64,000 bases of DNA from Candidatus Latescibacterota bacterium (GCA_965237525.1 CBDEFO010000008.1:1536001-1600000); one strand, 5' to 3'; shown: positions 41,735 through 52,779, counted from the stretch's first letter. The notes: generated by a model not told the origin, from the letters alone. Numbers and translations: made by a program.

Positions 41735-43096
41735 TTGAATTACTCGCAAAGTCTCGAATCGAAAGATAAAGAGTATATCTGGCACCCCTTCACCCAGATG
41801 AAGGACTATCAAGACGAGACTCCGCTGATAATAAAAAGAGGAGACGGTGTCTTCTTAGAAGACACAAATGGGAAGAGATACATAGACGGTGTATCATCGA
41901 TGTGGTGCAACGTTCACGGCCACAAAAAAAGAGAGATAGATGGGGCGATAAGGGATCAGATTGAAAAGATCTCCCATTCGACTCTTTTGGGTCAATCTAA
42001 TGTTCCTGCAGTAGAGCTTGCAGAAAAGTTGATAGCGATAGCTCCCGTAAGCTTGAGAAAGGTGTTCTACTCTGATAACGGTTCCACCACTGTTGAGATA
42101 GCTTTAAAGATTGCCTTTCAATACTGGAGTCAAAGGAGAGACGATCCGAGACCGTCCAAGACGAAGTTTGTTCATTTAAACTACGCCTATCACGGCGACA
42201 CAACAGGGGCTTTAAGCGTCGGAGGGATCCGCACCTTCCGCACCGCATATAAAGACCTCCTTTTTGATTCTTTTTGTGTTCCTTCTCCGTATTGCTACAG
42301 GTGCCAACTGTGTGAGGATGAATGTAATCTTGGGTGTCTATCCGAACTTGAAGAGATCCTAAAAGATCGTTCTGACGAAATTGCCGGGTTGATCATAGAG
42401 CCTTTAGTTCAGATGGCCGGAGGCGTAATTGTCGCTCCTCAAGGCTATTTGAGCCGTGTGTGGGAGTTGTGCAAGCAGCATAGCATCCTTCTGATTGCAG
42501 ACGAGGTAGCCACCGGTTTCGGAAGGACAGGGACGATGTTCGCCTGCCAGTGTGAGTGCCCGTCTCCCGATATTATATGTTTAGGCAAGGGGCTCACGGG
42601 GGGCTACCTCCCGCTGGCTGCAACTTTGACGACCCAGGAAATATATGAAGCTTTTCTTGGAGAGTACTCTGAGCTTAGAACTTTCTTTCACGGTCATACT
42701 TACACGGGAAATCAGCTCAGCTGTGCCGCAGCGCTAGCTAATCTGGACGTCTTTGAAAAAGAGGGAACTCTGGATAAGCTCCCCGAAAAGATAGATCTGC
42801 TGAAAGAAAGACTCGAAGATTTCAAGAGATTAGCTTATGTGGGGGACGTAAGGCAGTGCGGATTTGTCGCCGGAATAGAACTTGTCTTGGACAGGGGCAC
42901 AAAAGAGCCCTATCCCCCGGAGGAGAAAATAGGTGTAAAGGTCTGCCAGGAGGCAAAAAATGACGGACTCTTGATTCGGCCTTTGGGAAACATCATAGTC
43001 ATAATGCCTCCTCTTTCGATAGATCTGGAAAATCTGGAGGGAATGCTGGACATTATATACAAAGCTATAATAAAGGTGACGGGGCAGGACAATTAA
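41735..43096 (+). CDS. bioA: adenosylmethionine-8-amino-7-oxononanoate transaminase
   Basis: IWHPFTQM, DGVSSMWCNVHGH, YHGDT, ADEVATGFGRTG, GKGLTGGYLP, FFHGHTYTGN; TTG 41735 after AGGAGG. Confidence 0.96.
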   Translation: MNYSQSLESKDKEYIWHPFTQMKDYQDETPLIIKRGDGVFLEDTNGKRYIDGVSSMWCNVHGHKKREIDGAIRDQIEKISHSTLLGQSNVPAVELAEKLIAIAPVSLRKVFYSDNGSTTVEIALKIAFQYWSQRRDDPRPSKTKFVHLNYAYHGDTTGALSVGGIRTFRTAYKDLLFDSFCVPSPYCYRCQLCEDECNLGCLSELEEILKDRSDEIAGLIIEPLVQMAGGVIVAPQGYLSRVWELCKQHSILLIADEVATGFGRTGTMFACQCECPSPDIICLGKGLTGGYLPLAATLTTQEIYEAFLGEYSELRTFFHGHTYTGNQLSCAAALANLDVFEKEGTLDKLPEKIDLLKERLEDFKRLAYVGDVRQCGFVAGIELVLDRGTKEPYPPEEKIGVKVCQEAKNDGLLIRPLGNIIVIMPPLSIDLENLEGMLDIIYKAIIKVTGQDN

Positions 43097-43247
43097 ACAT
43101 GATATAACAGATAGCTCCTCCTGTGTAACAAGAGGAAACGCATTCTTAATGGCCAGATCGGAACAGAGCTTATAAAGAAAGCAGCAAATCTTAAAGTTTA
43201 AGCGGAACAATCAGGAAAGATGTGGGAAACCCGGAGGTGAATAAACT

Positions 43248-44240
43248 ATGCTGACGCGCGATGATTTAAAGGCAGAAAGGATTTGGAAGATACTCTTATG
43301 CCTGAGCACTAGTCGCGGCGTCAAGGTGTCCGATTTGGCTCTAAAGTTCGATACAACTCGGCGGACTATTTACAGAAATCTGATGTCTCTTTCCCGACTG
43401 GGAGCGCCCATCTACAGCGACAGAGAAGGTTGGAAACTTCTTTCTTCATTTTCGCTCCTGACCATCGGACTTTCTTTAGATGAGGCCATAGCTTTACACT
43501 TGGCGGCTTCGTCCGCTCCCCCACAGAAGATACAGCCTTTTTCCAGTCAGGTCAATTCTGCACTTTCAAAGATCGACGAAACTCTCACAGATCCGGTCAG
43601 AAGGGACTTAGAGGAGGTTGTCGAGATGACCTCTACAGTGCCTCATACAGGAGCGGACAATTCCGAAAGCAAAAAATTGGGCATTATGTTCGACAGAATG
43701 GAAAAATCTATATACAGTAAGACCTCCATCATAGCTTCGTACCGCTCGGTCTCCAGAGATGAGCCCATAGAGCGCCGATTGAACCCTTATGCTCTCTTCT
43801 TCCGCCGACATTCCTGGTATCTGGCGGCGCACGATCATAAGGATGAAAGAACGGAGATCTTCAGGTTGAACAGATTTGAATGGGTAAGAAGAACAACGGC
43901 CGGTTTCGACATGCCGGAGGATTTCTCCTTAGGGGATTTCTTGGCCAATTCGTGGGACGTATTTGTGGGAGATGGGGAAGAAGTCGAAGTGGTGGTCAGA
44001 TTCTCTCCCAGAGTTATTCCACTGGCACAAGAGAGGGCTGAAGGTCCGAATCGAAGCGTAGAGCGACTTCCCGACGGATCTGCAATTTACAGAGCCAAAG
44101 TCAGAGGTGCAAGGGAGATAAGCTTCTGGATACTCGGTTTTGGAGATGAGGCAGAGGTTTTGGAACCCCCTGAACTCAGAGAGGAAATGGGGAGAATAGC
44201 TCAGAAGATGGCCGGATTATACGGAGGGCAGACTAAATAA
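43248..44240 (+). CDS. HTH-WYL-WCX transcriptional regulator (YafY/PafBC-like)
   Basis: N-terminal HTH (RRTIYR), R..NPY.L....SWYL.A, FRLNR, W.LGFG..AEVLEP.ELR. Confidence 0.92.
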   Translation: MLTRDDLKAERIWKILLCLSTSRGVKVSDLALKFDTTRRTIYRNLMSLSRLGAPIYSDREGWKLLSSFSLLTIGLSLDEAIALHLAASSAPPQKIQPFSSQVNSALSKIDETLTDPVRRDLEEVVEMTSTVPHTGADNSESKKLGIMFDRMEKSIYSKTSIIASYRSVSRDEPIERRLNPYALFFRRHSWYLAAHDHKDERTEIFRLNRFEWVRRTTAGFDMPEDFSLGDFLANSWDVFVGDGEEVEVVVRFSPRVIPLAQERAEGPNRSVERLPDGSAIYRAKVRGAREISFWILGFGDEAEVLEPPELREEMGRIAQKMAGLYGGQTK

Positions 44241-44288
44241 GTAGAGAGTGGCACTTCCTCCCAGCCGTTGAGATTGCTGTTTACTATT

Positions 44289-45245
44289 TTAGTCGGTGTA
44301 GATGAGTTTTATTATGACATTGCCCACAGCTTGCAGGCTTTCTGGACTGCATTTGTCCGGCGTGTCCTCAAGCGTGTGCCAGTAAGGATAATCGAAGTCT
44401 ATCACATCTATGCAGGGTATTCCCGCGTCTATCAGCGGAAGATGGTCGTCTCGGATCTTATATTTTGCTCCTTCTTTAAACTGATGCGATCCCACGTCGA
44501 ACGCCGCTTTCCACACCTTTCCCACAATTTTAGGAAAGTGATTTAGGGAATACTGTTCAGGATGTATGTTTAAATCCGCATCTCCTACCATATCTAAGAG
44601 CACTCCGAATTCCGGTTTATATTTGCCTTGTTTCGAGAGAGCAAAATATTGTGATCCGAGGAAATAGTCCGAGAGATCCTCCTTCTTGCCGAAGTCCTCT
44701 CCGTCGAAGAACACAATATCTATTCCTCTTGGGGGCTCAACCTGGGATATGAGCCGCCCAATTTCAAGTAGGACCGCCACTCCGGAGGCTCCATCGTTTG
44801 CTCCGATGATCGGCTTGTCCCTGTTCTGGGGATTACTGTCCTTATCTGCGAAGGGTCTTGTGTCCCAATGAGCGCAAAGAAGCGCCCTTTTTTTGTTTTT
44901 AGGATAAAAAGAAGCTATGATATTGGAGAGGTTTATTCGTGTTTTTGATTTTTCATCGGAGTACTCAAACTTCTGTTCCGAGACTATGGGCGCCCAGCGC
45001 TTCAGCTCCTCCAAGAGGAATTCCTTTGCGGATTCGTGTCCTTCCGATCCCGGATTCCTGGGACCAAAATCGCACTGCTTCACTAAAAGATCGTATGCTC
45101 TCCTCCCATCAAACGACGGAATCACCTTTTTGGTTTTCCCACAGGATATACAGGTTGTTGCAAGGAATATGATAACAAGGCCTATATTTAACCAATTCCA
45201 TATACGTCTCTCAAACATCCTGTGTGCGAAGGACATCAATCCCAC
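44289..45245 (-). CDS. M28-family peptidase / glutaminyl-cyclase-like lipoprotein
   Basis: AHWDTRP, GANDGASGVAVLLE, FDGED, DMVG, DDH.P, WHT..D. Confidence 0.9.
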   Translation of the reverse strand: MGLMSFAHRMFERRIWNWLNIGLVIIFLATTCISCGKTKKVIPSFDGRRAYDLLVKQCDFGPRNPGSEGHESAKEFLLEELKRWAPIVSEQKFEYSDEKSKTRINLSNIIASFYPKNKKRALLCAHWDTRPFADKDSNPQNRDKPIIGANDGASGVAVLLEIGRLISQVEPPRGIDIVFFDGEDFGKKEDLSDYFLGSQYFALSKQGKYKPEFGVLLDMVGDADLNIHPEQYSLNHFPKIVGKVWKAAFDVGSHQFKEGAKYKIRDDHLPLIDAGIPCIDVIDFDYPYWHTLEDTPDKCSPESLQAVGNVIIKLIYTD

Positions 45246-45411
45246 ACCCTTTCTTAACGCGTTCTACAGTGGAATGCCGACAACATCGGACCGGATAAAA
45301 CAGATTTACCCCAAAAAGCTTTCGGTACCCCCGACAGCGTGGCATCTTTTGGGAATTATATATAATACTAGCCAGACAGACAAGACACGCCTAACTCCTA
45401 TGGGGAAAGAA

Positions 45412-45615
45412 TTACTCAGGCTTCTCCGTATGCTCAACTTCCACTGGCCTTATCACAGCCTTGACAACATCATCAAAAGACGCACCCTCTAGGCCTTCCG
45501 GAACACTTACCTCCATCTCCAATTCTGCCTTAGACGGAATGTATGAAGACTTTACAACCTTAATAGTCCTCTTCTTGACCACCTTGCGTTTGCCTTTTTT
45601 TCTCTTACTCATCAC
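45412..45615 (-). CDS. small basic IS1595-associated protein, copy A
   Basis: 67 aa, AGGAG RBS, Y.PSKAELE motif. Confidence 0.65.
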   Translation of the reverse strand: MMSKRKKGKRKVVKKRTIKVVKSSYIPSKAELEMEVSVPEGLEGASFDDVVKAVIRPVEVEHTEKPE

Positions 45616-45703
45616 TGTTCTCCTTTTGGTGAATCAATAGGGGCTTATAACCAAAAGTGCCAAAATGGGGAATATAACCCGTCTTGCAACACAAAAAGTC
45701 GGC

Positions 45704-45910
45704 CTATACCCCCTTGCTTTTTAACCACGCCGTCCACTCCTTTTTAACCTTTTTTCCGTTGCCGGATTCCACCAACGGTGGATCGGGAGAAAACAACGTA
45801 CAGGCAACATCCTCCAGACTCGCGTCTATGCTGATATCTTTTTCCAATTCCTCTTTCGTTGGATGATAACCACTACCCTCAACATCAACATTCTTCCTCT
45901 TCCTGCCCAT
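45704..45910 (-). CDS. small basic IS1595-associated protein, copy B
   Basis: 68 aa, AGGGGG RBS, YHPTKEELE motif; homologous to copy A. Confidence 0.65.
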   Translation of the reverse strand: MGRKRKNVDVEGSGYHPTKEELEKDISIDASLEDVACTLFSPDPPLVESGNGKKVKKEWTAWLKSKGV

Positions 45911-45970
45911 TACAATCCCCCTTCACTGGACAAAACCAACTGATTCTTCTTTGCACAAAGGCATACTTGA

Positions 45971-48837
45971 TTACTCCCATGATAATCCTAAGTCTTTAAA
46001 TTTCGGGGTGGCTTGTTGTTGATAGATAATCCCCCCTTCAGATGGGGATTTGGGAAAGGATTTAATAAACGTCCTTTGGGCTTCTATGTCTTCTGGAAGT
46101 GGAACTTGTATCCTTCTGATATGGTCCTTGTTTAGTCCTGGTTGCGCCTTTTTGTTATAAGCAAGGTCCTTTACCTGTTTCTCGAAAAACGAACTTCGCA
46201 TAAACAAGAAAAGGAACTCTTGTAATATACAATTATTGGACCGTAGTATAAAAACATGTTCATTGACAGCAACAAGTTCCTCTGGAAGTTTATGCACATA
46301 CGCACATTTCCCCGTTTTTGCCCCATCCTTGCAAATAAGTATGTCTCCAGACTTTATATGCCCAGATTTCATGCCATGATAGAAATCGGAAGAGGTATAT
46401 TCTTTTTTTGTGAGATTGAGCAACCCATTTTCCCCTATATGTTTGCCGCCCAAATTCAACAATCCTTCATGGATTGCTGATATTCCACCAACCGGACGGC
46501 TTCCACTTTCAACGGTCTCAAGAACATCACACAAAAATTTCAGTTTGACTTTCGATGTTAACCGCCCTTCTCCAAGAAATATTTTATTTGAGAAAATATC
46601 ACTGTCCCAGTCAAACAAGTCCTGCATTTGCCGTAAAGAAACATGATCCTTTAGACTTTCATCTATTGATTCAACCTCCTCATCATTTATGTTCCGTAAA
46701 ATATAGCTATTAGCTTTTTTTGACGATAGCAAGTTGTCTTCATCCAGCAAAGACGACTCGTTCAATTTTATACCTTCACTTCCCCGTCTCGCGCTGAATT
46801 CATACCCGAGAAATCTTTTTTCCTGGTCCTTTTCACCGCTTTTTACGACAATGACAGATTTGCCTTGAGCCATTTGAATGTAATCTTCCCTACTCTCTAA
46901 GATTACTCTTTGGCCCCTTTTTTTGAGAAAGAATTATGACGGTATTTATACCGGTTGCCATGAAAGCTTTACTGCTTAATACAACAACTGCCCTGACCTC
47001 AAAATTCTCGAATATAAGCTTTCTGGCATCTTCAAAATTCCCATCGTTACTTAGAATGGATTTTGGTAGGATAATGCCAGCCAACCCTCCTGGTTTCAGA
47101 AGTTGTTTCATCCTTTCTACAAACAAAAGTTCTATATCTTTGCTCTTATCGCTTATTTTCCCATATAGATCAAATGTTTTATGACCCTCTTTTACTGTCG
47201 AAAGGAAACCGCTTATTGAATATGGGGGATTGGCCACAAGAACATCAAACTGTTCACTGTCAGTTTCTTTCGACCTCAGCCTCTCTACATAATCTTTGTT
47301 AGAAAACGGATCTATCCCAGAGGCATGGACAATTCTTGCTTCGCCGTCTCCATGCAGGAAACAAGCCAACTTGCTGGTTTTAACCAGCCTGTAATCCCTT
47401 TCGATTCCGTAAATGAAATCGCTTGCCCAACCAAAGTGATCCGATTTATAGGCGGCAAGGCGACTCCTCTGCGTGGGCTTTAACTTTGAATCATCCATAT
47501 CGTTAATCTTATGTTGCAAGAGGTCCATCATCTCTGTTAAGAAATGCCCGCTGCCGCAGGCAAAATCTATAACATAAGGAAGAAAATCAGCATCCCCGCT
47601 GTTTATTTTGCCATTTATGATTTGCTGAATGGGAAGACTGTGGATAATGAATCGTACTAAGGGAACTGGCGTGAAGTATTGCCCGGATTCCTGCTTAAAC
47701 CCTGTGTTTAACAGAAGCTCAAAAAATTCCCCGAGAAATTGCTGTTTGTGGGTATACCGTAATTGCCATCCTTGTAGCAGCTTGACTATTTCTATGACTA
47801 TCTTTGCATTCTCAAGAAATGAGTCCTTGTTGAATACATCAACAAACGCAAACTCCTGATTTTTATACAAACGCAACTCATTGAGTATTCTCAAAGTGGC
47901 TTCAGTTACCTTGGTGTCCTTTATATCGTCTAGGCTGTAATCTGTAATCTCCTTATCCAGAAACTTATGCATCCCCTCTTTATAAAGATCATTCAGGCGG
48001 CCTAATAGCTTTTCTTCATTGTCTTTCCCCTCTATCCATTGAAACTTTAATTCTTCGTCGCCTCTTTTATCTTCATCCAGTATTTTGCACAAAAATAAAT
48101 TGAAAATCTTATTGTATGCATTTCCTTTATCAGAGACCACGTTATGCCGTAGGATTTCCGCAAACTGATTGTATATGGTCTTTCCATCCTCTTTCCCTAA
48201 AGGTTTTAGATCCTTGCGTTGCAATGGTTTTATGCGAACATCATACGGGCAAGCATCATCATCAAATATTCCATTGTGCGAGAATTGTTTATTCCAATGA
48301 TCATAAACTTCTTTGGTGTCACCAAGCATCCGAAAGTCATCTTCAATCTTGACAATGGAGTTCTCGAATTGGATTTGGGAGTCATCAGGTTTTGATGTAT
48401 ACAAACATAAATATTTAGCGTTTCTGTCTTGTTGCCAATAACTAAACAATTGCCCTCCATTCTTCAGCATCTTCTTACGTTCATTCTGATATTCTTCCTC
48501 ATGGGTTTTGCATTCAATCATCAAATAGGATCGCGATTCTGGATCCTTAACAAGGATGTCGAGCTTACCTTTGTTTCTTCTGCCTAAAGCCCACTTGTTT
48601 TCAAGTACTATTCTGTCAGGGGAATAGCGTTTTTCCAACAATCTATTGATGCATTCAAGAACAATAAAGTTCTCGCTATTCGCAAAGTTTGATTGAATTT
48701 GGATAAAGGATTTCCTCTTTGGGGAAATCGACCTTTATTTTACAGTCGCATTGCTTATAGTGTTTTTCCCATACATCGTTGCCCGTATTCGTATACAACA
48801 TCAATTTAAGGAGTTGTTTTATTTTTTTATTTTTCAA
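45971..48837 (-). pseudogene. single-chain restriction-modification enzyme (HsdR_N-like nuclease + N6-adenine MTase + TRD; Type IIG/I-like), two frame disruptions
   Basis: LDILV...LMIECK nuclease, GQYFTP, DFACGSGHFL, VANPPY, HsdS-like GDILICKDGA.TGK...AQPGLNK; breaks near 48680 and 46925. Confidence 0.85.
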
Positions 48838-49049
48838 GAAAAAATTCTCCACGGACACCTCATCACTCAAATCAGAAACATGACAATGGGCATTCTTATC
48901 GGAACAAGTATGACCGTCCAGAACAGATTTCCGAGTAGGTGATTTCATAAAGGCTGAAAATCCTCTTGAGAATAGACAGAAAAAGGCAACCTGACACGCG
49001 CGTGAACCTAACAGAGGCAACCCAATAACACAAGGCATTTGAACAGCCG

Positions 49050-49199
49050 TTACGATACCAGGTCGGCATACCGCAACCGCTTGCCGACCATGCCGGTAAA
49101 GACCTTCTCCATCTGTTCGACCGTATCCAGTGGCCGAACATTATGCCGTCCTGCAAATTCCTTTTTTCCAGTTGCAAAATCCTTATCCCGTATTTTCAC
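49050..49199 (-). pseudogene. C-terminal stub of a second IS1595 transposase
   Basis: EFAGRHNVRPLDTVEQMEKVFTGMVGKRLRYADLV* aligns with EFSGRWNMARWETMDKVDHVVSGGIGVSLPYEELV* of the intact transposase. Confidence 0.8.
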
Positions 49200-49202
49200 G
49201 AT

Positions 49203-50144
49203 CTACCTCACCAGTTCCTCATAGGGCAATGATACGCCTATCCCACCCGAAACAACATGGTCCACCTTATCCATAGTCTCCCACCGCGCCATATTCCACC
49301 GGCCCGAAAACTCATGGATATACCTGTGCAAATGAGCCTCAGACATCCAATGATAAACCCCATAATACCCGCGTTTCAGCAACGCCCAAAAGGATTCTAT
49401 CCCATTGGTGTGTATCTGATTCCTCACATACTCACCAACGTTATGTCTCACTGTGTCATGACTGAAGCCAGACAGCCCCTTATAAGAAATGTGGTCGTCC
49501 GTAAAGACCTTTTCTCCACCCCTCACAGTATCTCTTACGAAACCTTGTAAATTGTCCTTATCCGTCCCTGTTACTGGCTTGGCCTGCACCTGTCCACCCC
49601 TACGGGTAAGAGCACCTACCACCGCCATTTTGCCAACAGTACCACGGCCAGCATGCAACCTCGTTTTGGCATGCTTGTTTTTTTCCTTGCCGCCCATATA
49701 CGTCTCGTCAATTTCTACCGGGCCAGAGAACAAACCCCCCGGCATCTCTAACCCCTTGCGAACGCGATGTGCAAGGTGCCATACCGTCTTCTGTGTGACG
49801 CCCAGCTCACGGGCAAGCATAGTGCTTGAAACACCCTTGCGATGTGTCACAATAAGATAAATAGCATTCAGAAAGGTTGTCAAAGGCAAATTGGACTGGG
49901 CCATGATCGTCCCCGTACGGACACTGAAATGCTTGCGGCACTCCCGGCACCTATACGGTTGCGGCTTACCGTTCTTTGTCTTCTGAACGTTATCAACAAC
50001 CCCGCAATGCGGACAGTAGATCCCGTCCTTCCACCGAAAATCCTCAACATAAGACACGGCAACAGCTTCGTTCCGAAACCGCTTTCCAAACTTAAAAATG
50101 CTCATATCCTTAATTGGCTTGTATGTTCTCTTTTTCCGTTTCAT
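49203..50144 (-). CDS. IS1595-family (ISXO2-like) DDE transposase
   Basis: Zn ribbon CPHC...CREC, HTH, EIDETY, TDD, HTNGIESFW, HLHRY..EF. Confidence 0.96.
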   Translation of the reverse strand: MKRKKRTYKPIKDMSIFKFGKRFRNEAVAVSYVEDFRWKDGIYCPHCGVVDNVQKTKNGKPQPYRCRECRKHFSVRTGTIMAQSNLPLTTFLNAIYLIVTHRKGVSSTMLARELGVTQKTVWHLAHRVRKGLEMPGGLFSGPVEIDETYMGGKEKNKHAKTRLHAGRGTVGKMAVVGALTRRGGQVQAKPVTGTDKDNLQGFVRDTVRGGEKVFTDDHISYKGLSGFSHDTVRHNVGEYVRNQIHTNGIESFWALLKRGYYGVYHWMSEAHLHRYIHEFSGRWNMARWETMDKVDHVVSGGIGVSLPYEELVR

Positions 50145-50377
50145 TTCCGATCCCCTGGGGATTGCTTGTCAAGCGCTGTTGGCTAGCATTGTATATAATT
50201 CCCCATCTTTTATCTCATAAATAAGATAAATAACCGAACAAAAGTCAAGCTTGAAAATCACTTTGCCATCTCGCACCTCGGCTTTCCCAAAAGGAAGGGA
50301 CCCTTAAAGGTGGAATCTTCCAGGGGAATCCATGTCGATAGAGATAAGATTCTCAAGAGGCGAAAATGGATATGTTC

Positions 50378-50406
50378 TTGACTGTCGCCCGAGAATTAGG
50401 TATATT
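50378..50406 (+). promoter_or_regulatory. sigma70-type promoter of accA
   Basis: TTGACT-N17-TATATT. Confidence 0.6.
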
Positions 50407-50477
50407 TGAATCTATTAGGAGAGTAGAAAGACCACGGTTGGAAAGGAGTAGGATAAATCAAAGGGGCAGTTTCTATT

Positions 50478-51428
50478 ATGTATATTTTGGACTTTGAAAA
50501 ACCCATAGCCGAATTAGAACAGAAAATCCAGGATATAAAGGCTCACGCTGAGGCTGAGGATATAGATATGGCGGAGGAGTTGAGTAGGCTTGAGGAGAAG
50601 GCCAGGAAGCTCAGGGAAGAGGTCTATTCTAATCTTAGCAGATGGCAGAAGGTTCAGCTGGCGCGGCATCCTCAAAGGCCTCATACGCTTGACTATATAG
50701 AACGGATTGCGACGGACTTTATAGCACTCCACGGCGACAGGTTCTACTCTGATGACCACGCTATGGTCGGGGGCATCGCTAAAGTTGAGGGAAAGAAAAT
50801 ACTCATCATCGGGCATCAAAAGGGTAAAGATACAAAGGATAACCTCTATCGCAACTTCGGAATGCCTCATCCTGAGGGCTACAGGAAGGCCTTAAGGTTG
50901 ATGAAACTTGCCGCTAAGTTCCACCGTCCTGTATTATCCTTGATAGACACCCAGGGGGCCTATCCTGGAGTCAAAGCCGAAGAGAGGGGACAGGCCGAGT
51001 CTATAGCCAGAAATATCTTCGAGATGTCCCACCTGCCAGTTCCAATAGTAATAGCCATCGTGGGAGAAGGCGCAAGCGGCGGGGCGTTGGGGATCGGCGT
51101 CGGAGACAAGATCTTGATGATGGAGCACACCTGGTATTCCGTCATAGCTCCTGAGTCCTGTTCCACCATCCTGTGGAGGGACAGAGAAAAGAAGGAAGAG
51201 GCTGCAGAGGCCCTTAAATTGACACCGGGAGACCTGCTCAAATTCGGCATCATAGATGAGATCATACCGGAGCCTTTAGGAGGAGCGCACAGGGACTATG
51301 ACGAAGCTGCCTCGAGGTTAAAGTCAGCAGTGCTCGCGACTTTCAGCCAATTAGAGCAGATAACTCCGGATGAACTAATAAAAAAGAGGGTCGATAAGTT
51401 TACCGCGATAGGTGCATGGGAGGAGTGA
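50478..51428 (+). CDS. accA: acetyl-CoA carboxylase carboxyltransferase alpha
   Basis: [42 protein letters not shown]. Confidence 0.98.
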   Translation: MYILDFEKPIAELEQKIQDIKAHAEAEDIDMAEELSRLEEKARKLREEVYSNLSRWQKVQLARHPQRPHTLDYIERIATDFIALHGDRFYSDDHAMVGGIAKVEGKKILIIGHQKGKDTKDNLYRNFGMPHPEGYRKALRLMKLAAKFHRPVLSLIDTQGAYPGVKAEERGQAESIARNIFEMSHLPVPIVIAIVGEGASGGALGIGVGDKILMMEHTWYSVIAPESCSTILWRDREKKEEAAEALKLTPGDLLKFGIIDEIIPEPLGGAHRDYDEAASRLKSAVLATFSQLEQITPDELIKKRVDKFTAIGAWEE

Positions 51429-51773
51429 TCTGGTGCAAAACCGTGCCCTGATTTTCATTTCCTGATTCTTCCGATTTCAAGCCGAGCCTATATGTGGTTA
51501 TTACTTCTACCTTCGAGGCCAACTTGCAGGGGTTCAGGGCGTCGTGGAGTCACGTCATCTGGAGCGCTTTTGCCCGTTTTGCGAGGAGTTTAAGGGTCAC
51601 CAGATGAGTAGGGTAATGGGGAATGAGAATATCAAATGCGGTCATGCTTTTTTCCGCTTCGGGACGCAAATGGGTAAGGATGGACTAAATTCTGGCGGAC
51701 ATATGCGGCTGCAGCAGCTCTGCAGAGAAGATAACCCTTTATAATTGAACTCCAGATACAAAGGAGAAAAGCC

Positions 51774-52541
51774 GTGGAACTCGGTCTCAGAGACAAAATT
51801 GCCCTTGTCACAGGCTCCAGTCGAGGCATCGGCCGCGCCATTGCCAATTCTCTGGCCTTTGAGGGTGTGCACATAGCTATGGTCGCACGTAGCGCCGACG
51901 CCCTTGAAGAAACACGCGCCGAAGTAGCCAGCACTTACGGCGTAGAGGCACTTGCCATACCCGCAGATCTGACTGACCCAGGCAGCGCTGATAGAATCGC
52001 CGGTGCTATCAAGGACAGATTCGGGAGGCTCAATATCCTTATCAACAACGCCAACATCTTCGTTCCCACTCCCTTTGACAAACTCACCGACGATCTGTGG
52101 AAAGCCGCCATAGACACCAAACTGATGGCTGTCATCCGCCTTGTGCACGCCAGTTTACCCCTGATGGAGGGCACAGGATGGGGACGAATCATCAACATTA
52201 CGGGGGTTGCTAATGTTGAGCCAGGTGCTGAGTTTCTGCCTGTGGGTGCAGTCAATTCAGCTGTCAGCAACTATTCCAAAGGCATCTCAAAGATTCTCAT
52301 CTCCAAGGGCATCACTGTCAACTGTGTCAACCCCGGTCCTATTGAAACCAGTATATGGTCTTCGATGTTCTCCCAACCCGATGCGCGCAAAAGGTTCGAA
52401 GCGAGCCTGCCTATGAAACGCATGGGGAAACCTGAAGAGGTTGCCGCTGTGGTCACATTCCTCGCTTCTGTCCAGAGCAGTTACGTCAACGGAACCGAAA
52501 TCCGCGTCGATGGAGGTGTCACCGCCTGCGTCGGTCCCTGA
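51774..52541 (+). CDS. short-chain dehydrogenase/reductase
   Basis: TGSSRGIG, LINNA, VNPGPIET, GKPEEVA, VDGG; the usual YxxxK appears replaced (GAVN). Confidence 0.9.
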   Translation: MELGLRDKIALVTGSSRGIGRAIANSLAFEGVHIAMVARSADALEETRAEVASTYGVEALAIPADLTDPGSADRIAGAIKDRFGRLNILINNANIFVPTPFDKLTDDLWKAAIDTKLMAVIRLVHASLPLMEGTGWGRIINITGVANVEPGAEFLPVGAVNSAVSNYSKGISKILISKGITVNCVNPGPIETSIWSSMFSQPDARKRFEASLPMKRMGKPEEVAAVVTFLASVQSSYVNGTEIRVDGGVTACVGP

Positions 52542-52599
52542 GCATCGCAATAGCAAACCGTGAAACTCCACTCTAATAATACAGGGTGTTTGAAATTCG

Positions 52600-52779
52600 A
52601 TGATAATGGTAGCAAAGATACTCCAAATCCTGGGCATATTTGAAGTCGGATTCGCCGTTATAGAGGGGATACGCGAGGAACTTACGATGTGGCAGGAATT
52701 AATCCTCTCCCTTATAGGTTTAGCGATCTTTACAGTTGGATGGGTTCTGGAGAAAAAATTTGTAAAGAGACTGAAATAG
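52600..52779 (+). CDS. small membrane protein (59 aa, 2 TM; not in ORF track)
   Basis: MIMVAKILQILGIFEVGFAVIEGIREELTMWQELILSLIGLAIFTVGWVLEKKFVKRLK. Confidence 0.6.
   Translation: MIMVAKILQILGIFEVGFAVIEGIREELTMWQELILSLIGLAIFTVGWVLEKKFVKRLK

Larger units (their letters stand above)
45351..50203 (-). mobile_element. complete IS1595-family transporter IS (4853 bp) with passenger genes
   Basis: 24-bp terminal IRs GGGAATTATATA(T/C)AAT(A/G)CTAGCCA (22/24 identical; 45351-74 and 50180-203), 8-bp direct repeat CATCTTTT on both flanks (45343-50, 50204-11), transposase inside. Confidence 0.92.

Noticed and set aside
43248..44240. WYL regulator as controller of a defence island with the nearby R-M gene
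   Set aside because: The R-M gene arrived inside the IS (bounded by IRs/TSD) and is separated from the WYL gene by an M28 peptidase; the proximity looks incidental
51430..51770. Short CxxC-containing ORF 51544-51744
   Set aside because: No RBS or recognisable family; may be a decayed fragment
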